The translations under genes and the position numbers were made by a program. Under the pieces are notes generated by a model, which saw nothing but the letters and a program-made list of their open reading frames with translations, was not told where the DNA came from and made no database searches. Of a DNA stretch of 64,000 nt, positions 1 through 12,318 are shown one piece after another (position 1 is the first letter of the stretch; each line of letters begins with the position of its first letter). The stretch covers positions 48,918,001 to 48,982,000 of the forward strand of contig NC_135823.1 of NCBI RefSeq assembly GCF_964213995.1. Direction: 5' to 3'. This DNA comes from Mustelus asterias (Eukaryota).

Positions 1-139
1 CTCAGCTACTGCAAAGGAACGTTTGGAGGAGGTCTTGTGACTTTTCTCTGATACTGGCATCTGATTAAAAAGGGAAAAATGTGTGCTCCAGGTTAACGAG
101 GCAACATATCTTGCATTCCGCCGACCATGCACACGCATA

Positions 140-262
140 GTCCCGTCACTCAGCCGTCTGTGCGCAGGCACGGTTCTCAGACCCCGTCTCCATGCCGGCC
201 ATGTGCAGGCGCTGTCCCCAGGTTCCGTCACCCCACCAGCTGTGCGCAGGCGCAGTTCCCAG
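140..262 (+). promoter_or_regulatory. Three 41-bp tandem units, each with an NRF1-like motif (TGCGCAGGCGCA), upstream of the GPATCH11 ATG
   Basis: Units 140-180, 181-221 and 222-262 align at a 41-bp period; the best NRF1 match is TGCGCAGGCGCA at 243-254. The patch is CpG-rich, and a YY1 consensus CAAGATGGCGGC overlaps the ATG (271-282). Confidence 0.55.
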
Positions 263-274
263 GCCAAAGGCAAG

Positions 275-775
275 ATGGCGGCCAGGCAGCAGCAGGAGGA
301 AGAGGAGGATGACTATGACGACATGTCGGACACTTTTGTCAATTTACAGCAAGATGCCAAACCAGGGCTGGTGACGGTCAGAAGAGTGAAAAAAGAAATC
401 CTGAAGAAAGATCGTGCACTGGAAATAATCCTGGAATACAAGCAGAAGAGCGAAAAGGAAGAAGAGAAGGAAAGACATGAGACCATGTTACAGAGCTCAT
501 TGGGAAGTGAAAATAAGGGATTTGTGTTACTTCAGAAAATGGGGTATAAGAAAGGTTGTAGTCTTGGAAAAAGTGGAAATGGAATGTCGAACCTATTCCA
601 CTACAGATCAAGATAGGACATGGTGGAATTGGCCATGAGGCTGCCGAGAAATGGAAAGCTGAGGAAACGACAGAACATCGCAAATGAATGTCACAAGTGA
701 AAAAACGAGCAGAGGAATTAGCCCTTAATGAATATAAGCTGCACATCAGACAAAAAAAGGATCAACGTCAGATGG
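275..775 (+). pseudogene. GPATCH11: GPATCH11 (CCDC75) intronless pseudogene, 5' part
   Basis: Translation MAARQQQEEEEDDYDDMSDTFVN...SENKGFVLLQKMGYKKGCSLGKSGNG matches the GPATCH11 N-terminus and G-patch. There is a frameshift near 585 (continuing VEPIPLQIKIGHGGIGHE), a TGA at 685-687, and no introns. Confidence 0.9.
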
Positions 776-892
776 CATCAGTTTTGGGGCAGGGGGGACC
801 TATACCGTTGGGATGGTCTCCACCTGGACCGAGCTGGGATCAGTGTTCTGGCGAAGAGAGTAAATGGGGTGGTCAATAGGACTTTAAACTAG
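773..892 (+). CDS. CR1 ORF1 C-terminal fragment (SGNH esterase-like domain)
   Basis: WHQFWGRGDLYRWDGLHLDRAGISVLAKRVNGVVNRTLN* contains the DGLHL (DxxH) motif typical of the CR1 ORF1 esterase. Confidence 0.8.
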   Translation, partial: WHQFWGRGDLYRWDGLHLDRAGISVLAKRVNGVVNRTLN

Positions 893-1026
893 AGATTGGG
901 GGGGAAGGGAAAGTCAGGGAACCAAGAGGTGAAGGAATCAGTGGGAAGCGTAGCTGCTTAGGATTACAAAAAATCACGAAAAGACAGCACTCAGGAGAGG
1001 TTACGATAGTCCCCATCTCACAAAAT

Positions 1027-3903
1027 ATGACACAGTGTCTGGAAAGGCTCAGTAGACCAAGGTCCACCACACTACGAAAACAAAAAGGGACGGTCAATAG
1101 GGAATTAAAGGTGCTATATTTAAATGCCCGCAGTGTCCGGAACAAGGTAGATGAGCTTGTGGCCCAGATTGTGACTGGCAGGTATGATGTGGTAGGCATC
1201 ACAGAGACGTGGTTGCAGGGGGTTCAGGACTGGCAGTTAAACATCCAGGGATTCACAACCTATCGAAAAGACAGAGGGGTGGGTAGAGGGGGCGGGGTTG
1301 CCTTGTTAATTAGAAATGAAATTAAATCAATAGCACTAAACGACATAGGGTCAGACGATGTGGAGTCTGTGTGGGTAGAGTTGAGGAACCACAAAGGCAA
1401 AAAAACCATAATGGGAGTTATGTACAGGCCTCCTGACAGTGGTCAGGACCAGGGGCACAAAATGCACCACGAAATAGAAAGGGCATGTCAGAAAGGCAAG
1501 GTCACAGTGATCATGGGGGATTTCAATATGCAGGTGGACTGGGTAAATAATGTTGCCAGTGGACCCAAAGAAAGGGAATTCATTGAATGTTTACAGGATG
1601 GCTTTTTGGAACAGCTTGTGATGGAGCCCACGAGGGAACAGGCTATTCTGGACTTAGTGTTATGTAATGAGCCAGACGTGATAAAAGATCTTAAAGTAAG
1701 GGAACACTTAGGAAGCAGTGATCATAATATGGTAGAATTCAGTCTGCAATTTGAAAGAAGGAAGGCAGAATCAGATGTGAAGGTTCTACAGTTAAATAAA
1801 GGTAATTACAGGCGCATGAGGGAGGAACTGACAAAAATCGACTGGAAGCAGAGCCTAATGGGAAAGACAGTAGAACAGCAATGGCAGGAGTTTCTGGGAG
1901 TAATTGAGGACACAGTGCAGAGGTTCATCCCAAACAAAAGAAAGGTTATCAGAGGGGGGATTAGGCAGCCATGGCTGACAAAGGAAGTCAGGGAATGCAT
2001 CAAGGCAAAAGAGAGAGCCTATAATGTGGCAAAGAGTAGTGGGAAGTCAGAAGATTGGGAAGGCTATAAAAACAAACAGAGGATAACAAAGAGAGAAATA
2101 AGGAAGGAGAGGATCAAATATGAAGGTAGGCTAGCCAGTAACATTAGGAATGATAGTAAAAGTTTCTTTAAATACATTAAAAACAAACGGGAGGCAAAAG
2201 TAGACATTGGGCCGCTCCAAAATGACGCTGGTAATCTAGTGATGGGAGACAAGGAAATAGCTGAGGAACTTAATAAGTACTTTGCGTCAGTCTTCACAGT
2301 AGAAGACATGAGTAATATCCCAACAATTCAGGAAAGTCAGGGGGCAGAGTTGAATATGGTTGCCATCACAAAGGAGAAAGTGCTAGAGAAACTAAAAGGT
2401 CTGAAAATTGATAAATCTCCGGGCCCAGATGGGCTACATCCTAGAGTTCTAAAGGAGATAGCTGAAGAAATAGTGGAGGCGTTAGTTATGATCTTTCAAA
2501 AGTCACTGGAGTCAGGGAAAGTCCCAGAGGATTGGAAAATCGCTGTTGTAACCCCACTGTTCAAGAAGGGAACAAGAAAAAAGATGGAAAATTATAGGCC
2601 AATTAGCCTAACCTCAGTTGTTGGCAAAATTCTAGAATCCATCGTTAAGGATGAGATTTCTAAATTCTTGGAAGTGCAGGGTCGGATTAAGACAAGTCAG
2701 CATGGATTTAGTAAGGGGAGGTCGTGCCTGACAAACCTGTTAGAGTTCTTTGAAGAGATAACAAATAGGTTAGACCAAGGAGAGCCAATGGATGTTATCT
2801 ATCTTGACTTCCAAAAGGTCTTTGACAAGGTGCCTCACGGGAGACTGCTGAGTAAAATAAGGGCCCATGGTATTCGAGGCAAGGTACTAACATGGATTGA
2901 CGATTGGCTGTCAGACAGAAGGCAGAGAGTTGGGATAAAAGGTTCTTTCTCAGAATGGCAACCGGTGACAAGTGGTGTCCCGCAGGGTTCAGTGTTGGGG
3001 CCACAGCTGTTCTCTTTATATATTAACGATCTAGATGATGGGACTGGGAGCATTCTGGCCAAGTTTGCCGATGATACAAAGATAGGTGGAGGGGCAGGTA
3101 GTATTGAGGAGGTGGGGAGGCTGCAGAAAGATTTAGACAGTTTAGGAGAGTGGTCCAAGAAGTGGCTGATGAAATTCAACGTGGGCAAGTGCGAGGTCGT
3201 ACACTTTGGAAAAAAGAATAGAGGCATGGACTATTTTCTAAACGGTGACAAAATTCATAATGCTAAAGTGCAAAGGGACTTGGGAGTCCTAGTCCAGGAT
3301 TCTCTAAAGGTAAACTTGCAGGTTGAGTCCGTAATTAAGAAAGCAAATGTAATGTTGTCATTTATCTCAAGAGGCTTGGAATACAAAAGCAGGGATGTAC
3401 TTCTGAGGCTTTATAAAGCACTGGTTAGGCCCCATTTGGAGTACTGTGAGCAATTTTGGGCCCCACACCTCAGGAAGGACATACTGGCACTGGAGCGGGT
3501 CCAGCGGAGATTCACACGGATGATCCCAGGAATGGTAGGCCTGACATACGATGAACGTCTGAGGATCGTGGGATTATATTCATTGGAGTTTAGGAGGTTG
3601 AGGGGAGATCTGATAGAAACTTACAAGATAATGAACGGCTTAGATAGGATGGACGTAGGGAAGTTGTTTCCATTAACAGGGGAGACTAGGACGCGGGGGC
3701 ACAGCCTTAGAATAAAAGGGAGTCACTTTAGAACAGAGATGAGGAGAAATTTCTTCAGCCAGAGAGTGGTGGGTCTGTGGAATTCATTGCCACAGAGGGC
3801 TGTGGAGGCCGAGACGTTGAGCGTCTTCAAGACAGAAATTGATAAATTCTTGATTTCTCGAGGAATTAAGGGCTATGGGGAGAGAGCGGGTAAATGGAGT
3901 TGA
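1027..3903 (+). CDS. CR1 ORF2: APE endonuclease + reverse transcriptase, uninterrupted 958 aa
   Basis: Motifs YLNARS, GITETW, MGDFN, LDLVL and SDHN (APE); KSPGPDG, YRPISLTS, QHGF, GVPQGSVLGP and FADD (RT); CR1 C-terminal RRLRGDLIETYK. Confidence 0.97.
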   Translation: MTQCLERLSRPRSTTLRKQKGTVNRELKVLYLNARSVRNKVDELVAQIVTGRYDVVGITETWLQGVQDWQLNIQGFTTYRKDRGVGRGGGVALLIRNEIKSIALNDIGSDDVESVWVELRNHKGKKTIMGVMYRPPDSGQDQGHKMHHEIERACQKGKVTVIMGDFNMQVDWVNNVASGPKEREFIECLQDGFLEQLVMEPTREQAILDLVLCNEPDVIKDLKVREHLGSSDHNMVEFSLQFERRKAESDVKVLQLNKGNYRRMREELTKIDWKQSLMGKTVEQQWQEFLGVIEDTVQRFIPNKRKVIRGGIRQPWLTKEVRECIKAKERAYNVAKSSGKSEDWEGYKNKQRITKREIRKERIKYEGRLASNIRNDSKSFFKYIKNKREAKVDIGPLQNDAGNLVMGDKEIAEELNKYFASVFTVEDMSNIPTIQESQGAELNMVAITKEKVLEKLKGLKIDKSPGPDGLHPRVLKEIAEEIVEALVMIFQKSLESGKVPEDWKIAVVTPLFKKGTRKKMENYRPISLTSVVGKILESIVKDEISKFLEVQGRIKTSQHGFSKGRSCLTNLLEFFEEITNRLDQGEPMDVIYLDFQKVFDKVPHGRLLSKIRAHGIRGKVLTWIDDWLSDRRQRVGIKGSFSEWQPVTSGVPQGSVLGPQLFSLYINDLDDGTGSILAKFADDTKIGGGAGSIEEVGRLQKDLDSLGEWSKKWLMKFNVGKCEVVHFGKKNRGMDYFLNGDKIHNAKVQRDLGVLVQDSLKVNLQVESVIKKANVMLSFISRGLEYKSRDVLLRLYKALVRPHLEYCEQFWAPHLRKDILALERVQRRFTRMIPGMVGLTYDERLRIVGLYSLEFRRLRGDLIETYKIMNGLDRMDVGKLFPLTGETRTRGHSLRIKGSHFRTEMRRNFFSQRVVGLWNSLPQRAVEAETLSVFKTEIDKFLISRGIKGYGERAGKWS

Positions 3904-3992
3904 AATCAACCATGATTGAATGGTGGAGTGGACTCGATGGGCCGAATGGCCTTACTTCCGCTCCTATGTCTTATGGTCTTATGGTCTTATGG

Positions 3993-4292
3993 AAGGAGAT
4001 CTAAGGAAGAGCCAGCTTGCCTGTCAACAGCTAGATACACCAGAAGGGTGTAGATGTCCCACAAGAAACATGGTATTTGTTGTCCACTCCTGTTGAAGAT
4101 GATGGAATGTAGGTGGAAGAAGAATCAAGCGAATGGGATTATAAAGCAGTTGCCACAACTGAAGAAAAGCTGTTGAATTTGACCAGCTATCGCAGAAGCA
4201 AATACTTCTACTGTGTCTGGTGTGTGATTTCTTACCAAGATGAGGACTTATTTGATAACTGTCCTGGGGACTGTGCTGCCGATCACTGCTGA
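3993..4292 (+). pseudogene. GPATCH11: GPATCH11 pseudogene, 3' part (C-terminal Cys/His domain)
   Basis: EGDLRKSQLACQQLD ... EEKLLNLTSYRRSKYFYCVWCVISYQDEDLFDNCPGDCAADHC* matches the GPATCH11 C-terminus; it contains a frameshift and a premature TAG. Confidence 0.9.
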
Positions 4293-4623
4293 CTGACCCA
4301 AGCGCAGTGCAGAACAGTAATGGCATCACTTCAGAGCCAGTCTGCTGTAACTGGAGCAGACCGAATACAAACCGATTTGCAAAGTCCAGTTGGCAATTCG
4401 AACCTGAATGCTGGTTGTGGCAGAGTGCGTTGTGGCTTGTGTTCGGAAGATATCAGATGCCACTTCTACAGTGATCGTGGCCGTCTCTCATCTTTGCGAG
4501 CTTCTTGACTGACAGGCAACTGTTCATATAAAATACTCGCGCTTCCGTTACTTCATTTTGAAAGTATCTGTGTATTTATTGAGCTGTATTAAGTGTGGCT
4601 TTGTTTGCCTGAGAACAACTCAC

Positions 4624-4938
4624 GGCACGGTGGCACAGTGGTTAGCACTGCTACCTCACAGCTCCAGGGACCCAGGTTCAATTCTGGCCTCGGGTCACTG
4701 TCTATGTGAAGTTTGCACTTTCTCCTTGTGTCTGCCTGGGTTTTCTCTGGGTGTTCCGGTTTTCTCCCATTGTCCAAAGATGTGTGGGTTAGGTTGATTG
4801 GCCATGCTAAATTGACCATACTGTCAGGGGATTAACAGGGTAAATGCGTGGGGTTGCGGGAATAGGGCCTGGGTGGGATTGTTGTTGGTGTCGACTCAAT
4901 GGGCTGAATGGCCTCCTTCTGCATTGTAGGGATTCTAT
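4624..4938 (+). mobile_element. HE1-type V-SINE (tRNA-derived head, V domain, CR1-derived tail)
   Basis: A box TGGCACAGTGG, B box GGTTCAATTC, V-domain core GTTTGCAC...GTCCAAAGA, and tail GGGCTGAATGGCCTCCTTCTGC shared with CR1 3' ends. Confidence 0.88.
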
Positions 4939-6760
4939 AGGTAACAGAGTTGACAACGATGGATTACACCTTGTTGCAAAGAAGGTGAAAGCCATGAAAG
5001 GGGTTCTAATTCCAAGAATCACAACAGAGCTGAAGTTTTTCCTAGTCTCACAAATTACTATGGGAAATTCACACTGAACTTAGCAACCCTGCTGGTACCC
5101 CTCCACGTACTGTTTTTTAAAACAAAATCAAAAATGGTTGTGGTAAATGCCACAAGAGAGTGCCTTTGCAAATATCAAACAACAGTTGCTGTCAACAAAT
5201 ATACTAGCCCATTATGACCCCGAGACCACTCATTGTAACCTATGACGCCTTCCCCTCTGCGATAGGAGAGGTATTTATCTCATCATTGGGATGATGGCAC
5301 AGAACGTCCAATCGTGTACGCAGGACGAACCCTGGCAGATGCAGAGAAGTATGCCCAGATTGAAGAAGAAGGTTTGGCCATGACGTTTGCAATGATAAAG
5401 TTCCATCAGAATGTCTACGGTTGGCATTTCACCATAGTAACTGATCACAAACCTCTGTGGGCCACTTCAAGGAAGACAAAGTGATTCCTCCCATCACATC
5501 AGCCTGGATCCAGTGCTGGACACTGCTATTAGGTGCCTATGAATGTACTTTAGAAACCCGTCCAGGGAGACATATAACCAACTTGAGTCGCCTGCCACTA
5601 CCCACTAGCCTACCTTCTCCTCCAAAGATGGATGAAGTCATCATGACTCTGAACTTCATGGACACTCTGCCAGTACCTGCCAAGCAAATCCAAGCATGGG
5701 CCCAAAGGGACCCTATGTCGGTGAAACTACATCACATCGTCCTAAGTGATGGACCACAATGGCATCCTACGGAGGATTTGAAACCTTATCTCCTAAATAT
5801 CAGGAGATGAGTATAGAAGAATGCATCACCTTGTGGGGAGCCCAAGTGGTTGTCCTGCATCCAGGCCAGTGACCGATACTTCAAGAATTGCACAATGGCC
5901 ACCCAAGAATTTCTAAGATGAAAATGCTCGCATGGAACTATGTCTGGTGGCCTGGCTTAGACAGTGATATCGATAACCTAGTCAAGTGGTGCAAAACTTG
6001 GCTGGAAAACCAGAAGGCCCCACCAGCAACCTCATTACACCCTTGAGAACGGCCAGGGAGACACTGGGTGCAAATACATGCAGATGTTGCAGAGCCATTT
6101 ATGGGCTCCATGTTTTTAATTCTCATTGACACCCATTCAAAATGGAACGAAGTGCACCGGATGGCCTCTACCGCCTCTTACAATACCATAGCTAAACTCC
6201 GTTAATCGTTTAATACACATGGTATACCCAAGGTCCTCATGACACACAACCAGCAGGGAGTTTCAGATCTTCATGAGTACAAACAGAGTAAGACACATCC
6301 GCACACCATCCTACCACCCATCCTCAAATGGCCTGGCTGAGCGAGCAGTCCCGACATGCAAAAGTGGCATGAAGAAAAAAACCACAGGTTCTCTGGAAAG
6401 AAACTCACACGTTTCCTCCTTAACTATAGGACTGTGCCACATATGAAGACAGGAATAGCCCTGGCAGAACTGTTGATGGGCCGATGCCTCCAGACTCGGC
6501 TTAGTTTGGCGTTCCCAAATTTGGACGGCAACTTCGAGCTAAAACAAGAAGCCCAGAAAAGGAGCCATGATGCTTAAGACCAGTTAGAGACTTCAAAGCA
6601 GAAGATACAGTCCATATGAGGAACTTCGGCAACAGATCTCCGTGGATTCCAGGAGTTATTCTTAAGAAAACAGGACCAGTGTCTTATAAAGTAAAAACCA
6701 GGGAAAAGACCTTAAAGAAGCACGTAGATCGTTTCCATTAGAGAGAACCCTCCATAAAGG
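4939..6760 (+). mobile_element. Decayed Ty3/Gypsy LTR retrotransposon pol (RT C-terminus, RNase H, integrase)
   Basis: Frameshifted remnants: NYYGKF; ERPIVYAGRTL..AEKYAQIE; FHQNVYGWHFTIVTDHKPL; LHNGHP..KMK..YVWWPGLDSDI..C..; IHADVAEPF; YHPSSNGLAERAV; TGPVSY. The order RT-RH-IN is Gypsy-type. Confidence 0.9.
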
Positions 6761-7089
6761 CAACTGTGTCTACGGACACACCACCGTCTGCATACTTTAC
6801 ACCAGCCTGTGGACGGGAAGCCCCACCCTCTTAAAAACCCTGGCTTGTACATGGAGACAGAGGTGATGGACACCCAGTCAGAAGTCGCCACCAAGGACGA
6901 GCCCCCATGTAGTGGCCCTTTGACGCTCTTCATGGAACAGGCATTCACCTATCCATTACACGCACCTCCCCCCAAACAGATCCTACAAGCAATGAAAATG
7001 AGGCCACTGGCAAAGAGACGGAGAAGACTTTATCGTCATGGGAGCGAGGGGAACCTTCGGACTCGGTGGGGGGGGGGGGGGGGGCAGCG

Positions 7090-7329
7090 GTTTATAACCC
7101 CCACAAGGTCCATGAGGAATCACTGATTGATGTTCTTGTAGGGCTCAGTGAGTACGAGTTCCTTGGTAGCAGGCAGTGGCCTGCCCAGCTGGAACTTCTT
7201 ACCAAACCTTTTATAAGGCAGGCAGGACTGGGTTTGCTGAACTGTTGTGTGTACACCACAGTAGTGGTTTTACTTTGCATTCTGTAATAAACTATGTTCC
7301 TTTTCAGTCGAGCTTTCTGAATCATTACA
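7090..7329 (+). repeat. Probable 3' LTR of the Gypsy element
   Basis: Preceded by a G-run polypurine tract (~7068-7084); contains a TATA-like TTTTATAAGG and AATAAA (~7285), and ends ...ATTACA. No partner LTR is in the window. Confidence 0.5.
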
Positions 7330-8412
7330 TTTCACAAAAATCAGTTTTGCATCGATTCAATCTGCACAGCAATGATAATGCACTGTCCCTCCCTTCAGTA
7401 AGGCCACTCGTGTGCAATCCTTTATAAGTGAATCACTTAAATTTAATTGATCAGAGTGGTCAGCTAATGGCCTGTGTTCTGACATATTTCATCATCGTTA
7501 ATTCCATTTTACCACAATATTCCTTACAAATCGCCAAGGCCCATGTTGATTCACCGACACATTGTCTCATAACCTCTTCTCCCTTTCTACTTGCACTCAA
7601 CACTTTTCTCCAATCATCTCAATGGATTCCTTTGTCCAAGAAGAGAAACTTTATTATCTCGAACTGAATCAGGGCACTAATTATTTTCAGTAGCCTGTTG
7701 TGAGTTTTTTTTTGTGGAGGTGGTGAGATTTAAAACTTGAAGCACCTTCTCAAATGTCACACAACAGGACATCGAGGGAAGCATAATGAGGATTAACTAT
7801 CAGTTCTCAGATGGACAACTATAGAAATGGCGGGGGAAAAATATAAAGGGATGCATTGAAAAAGGGAATGAAGAACAAGCTGAAGCAACAAACCGTCAAA
7901 GTAAAATTCACCGTAGCTGTGCTGTGGAGTGAGTCTACATTTATGCATGCATTTTACTTCTAAATTGGCTCAAGTACAGTCAAAAACTTTAGACGGCCAT
8001 CATTTAACCTGAATAACCATAAGATTACATCTCAAAGCTACAGTGTCAAATTGTGTTGTAGAGATATCAACATAGAGTACTTGCATCATGCCAATGTTTC
8101 TGGAAAAATGCAACACAGAATGCATAAGGTGCTCTGACATGCCTCAGACACTGTGTATCAATTGACTAGCTGATTATGTTGGGCGGATCAAACAAAAGTC
8201 AATTGAAAGAAAAAAGTGAGTGGAAGAGAAATTGAGAAATGGCAACTAGCTGAATAACCTACAAGTTTGCCACAGCCTATAATTCTAAATACCAAAGCTG
8301 GGACATACATGAAGCTACTTAAAGTTTGTACAGATTGTGAAAGTGCATTTTAAGATGTTGTAATAATAGTTCTTTCCTAATCTGTAATGATTTCAACCAC
8401 CCACCACCACTT

Positions 8413-8418
8413 TTTATT
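8413..8418 (-). terminator. SRL: Candidate SRL polyadenylation signal AATAAA (alternative at 7650-7655)
   Basis: TTTATT on the + strand, ~740 bp past the SRL stop, in repeat-free 3' UTR-like sequence; motif only. Confidence 0.3.
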
Positions 8419-9155
8419 TATATATCTGCTGTACTCTGCACTTGCTATTTCCTAGCACAAACAACTGAGAAAAACCTGTATGGTTCAGCATGGAACCAAC
8501 TATATTGGTCAGTAAGTTTCCAGGCAGCCTGAATGTTTTAAAGCATGCATGCCTTTTTCAGGGTCTGGGTATAGTTGCCCTCCAGATTAATTATCCAAAA
8601 TGTGGGAGGCAAACATGCGAAGCTGGGTTATTTAGCTAACGAATGGGTTGTGCAAAGGTGGGAAATTAGTTTTAGACACAGCAAGCAATGATTCCTTGAT
8701 CATTGTGACAAGGAATAACTAATGAGGGATAGGAGGAAAATGAGATAAAAAGGTACAAGAACAAAATGTTAGCAGCAGCAAGAGTTGAGTCACCATGCTC
8801 CAAACGGGGCAGCTGTGTTATCAAAGCTCTATTCTAAACATGCACTGAGAGACACTAACCATTTGCTATACTGCAAATAAATTAACCCTCTGAGCCCTTT
8901 ATAAACCTTCTAAATGGTGTGAAAAATGACCAGGTTGGTACATCTTTGCTCATAGAATGCTAAAAAATATCTTGTCCTTCATCTTTTGCATATTCATAGT
9001 ACAGATTTGATAAAAGTTTTTTTTAATATCCTTTAAGGTATACAACAGGTGCCTGGATGCTGAAAGCTCAGTTCTCAAAGGGTTAATGAACCATGGCTTC
9101 TTGGATAGATAAGACATAAGCTATTTCACCCATAAATAATGTACAAGCTCCTTGT

Positions 9156-9998
<843 letters not shown>

Positions 9999-10399
9999 TT
10001 ATTTTATTCCATGTTGAAATAATCAGATAACTGGGATCTAGAATTGAATGAAGGGGGCCGATTGGTACTCATACACCCAACTATTTTTAGTGAATTGAAT
10101 GAAAATCCACTCTTCCCTTTTCACATCATGTTCAAAATCCCTCCAAGTCATGTGCCTTCTGACCATGTCTAACCTTAGGTTCCATATCAAGCTTCTTTTT
10201 CTTTCAGCTGGGACTTAATGTGCTTTCCCCACTCCACACCTCTGCCCCACTTCCTGCCTGCATACCTGTTGGGCTGAGCTCCAGCACTTAATTGCTGTTG
10301 TTTTTCCTCTCAATGCAATACATTGGAATTATCTCCAACACAAGGGCACTACATTGATGCCAGACTTTTGTTGTAAGCTATTTAAAATAAGCAAGTGGC

Positions 10400-11055
10400 A
10401 ACTGAAAGTGGCAACGCAGGTGGAGAAGGTAGTCAAGAAGACATACGGCATGCTTGCCTTCATCGGCCAGGGCATTGAGTTTAAAAACTGGCAAGTCATG
10501 TTGCAGCTTTATAGAATCTTAGTTAGGCCGCAATTGGAATATAGTGTTCAATTCTGGTTGCCACACTACCAGAAGGATCTGGAGGCTTTGGAGAGGGTAC
10601 AGAAAAGATTTACTAGGATGTTGCGTGGTACGGAGTGCATTAGCTATGAGGAGAGGTTGGAGAAACTTGGTTTGTTCTCACTGGAACGACGGAGATTGAG
10701 GGGCGACCTGATAGAAGTCCACAAGATTATGAGGGGCATGGACAGAGTGGATAGTCAGAAGCTTTTTCCCAGGGTGGAAGAATCAATTACTAGGGCACAG
10801 GTTTAAGGTGCGAGGGGCAAGGTTTAAAGAAGATGTACGAGGCAAGTTTTTTTACACAGAGGGTGGTGGGTGCCTGGAATTCGTTGCCGGGGGAGGTAGT
10901 GAAAGCAGATACGATAGTGACATTTAAGGGGCATCTTGACAAATGCATGAATAGGATGGAAATAGAGGGATACGGTCCCCGGAAGGGTAGGGGGTTTTAG
11001 TTCAGTCGGGCAATGCTTGGGGGGCCGAAGGGCCTGTTCCTGTGCTGTAATTTTC
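10400..11055 (+). mobile_element. CR1 LINE 3' fragment
   Basis: ORF2 C-terminus (VRPQLEYSVQFW...RRLRGDLIEV) plus the 3' tail GGGCCGAAGGGCCTGTTCCTGTGCTGTA. Confidence 0.92.
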
Positions 11056-11624
11056 TTTTGTTTTTTTCAAGTTAAGAACATTGGTAAACACCCAAAGTAG
11101 ACTTTCTAACAAAGAGGATAAAATATCTGAATGATATTCTTGCAGTTTTACATTTTACCTCCATGTGTTTTTGTCTCGAATATATTGTGATCGTTATTGT
11201 CCTGTATCTATCAGTAATCTGGGCACTTCCCTCTAAATCATTGACTCACCTACTGGGAACACATGGGGGTCTCCACGAGTTCCCAACCTGCGCTTCATTT
11301 TGACTGCCAGCCCCCACTAAAAGTCCCCCAGTGTGGAATCAGCCCTACTGTGTAGCCAATATAGCTTATCTGGTCCTTGTACGTCTGTATAACCATGGGT
11401 ATGAGAATCTAAAAGGTTTCTTGTTGTCATTTTTCCATCTTAACCTGCATCATCGCGGTTTTCAGTTCATTACTGTCCTATTCAGTAACATTGTTACTTT
11501 TAAATATAATGTCCGCATCCCATTCCCTAGGTCCGAGGTAGAGATGGTTATAGTTCCCCAATTATATCTCATCTCACCTCACCCAAATGAGTCTTCGGAG
11601 CTCTTATTAGCAGACTTTCTGCTA

Positions 11625-11864
<240 letters not shown>

Positions 11865-12318
11865 TTATGGACGAAATGGAGAACATAAGAAAATTAGGGG
11901 CATGAATAATTTATTCGGTATTTCAAGCCTGTTCTGCCCTTCAGCTCAATCGTGGCTGATCTGCACCTCACTCCATTTAGTTGCCTTTGCTCCCTTCCAT
12001 GAAAATCTATCCACTAAAGCAAACTACTGCCAACACTGGAAGTCTGAAATAAAAACGGAAAAAACAGACGGCATCTGTGGAGAGAAGCCGAATTCACGTT
12101 TCAGCCCGATGACCTTTCATCGGAACAAAATTTCAGCCTTGAACCTCAAATGTTCCTGGAGAATTCTAGATTTCTACTGGACAAGAAAGGTTGTGCTGCA
12201 AGAAATGCATCCTAGAGTTCAATGTGTTCAGTTTAGACTACATTAGCAGGAAACTTCTGCTTGTTGCTCATGAACTGTGTTCGCCCATTTTTATATATAT
12301 ATGTATATATAGACATTA

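Larger units (their letters stand above)
773..3992 (+). mobile_element. Young 5'-truncated CR1 LINE inserted into the GPATCH11 pseudogene
   Basis: ORF1 C-terminus, complete ORF2, short 3' UTR and (CTTATGGT)n tail ending at 3992; the host reading frame resumes exactly at 3993. Confidence 0.95.

Noticed and set aside
83-616. 177-aa ORF as a functional GPATCH11 gene
   Set aside because: It starts at a non-ATG codon, the real ATG is at 275, and the gene has frameshifts, stops and a LINE insertion.
4624-4700. tRNA gene (also at 36093, 61122 and 62086)
   Set aside because: The A and B boxes belong to SINE heads; they continue into the V domain and no full cloverleaf is evident.
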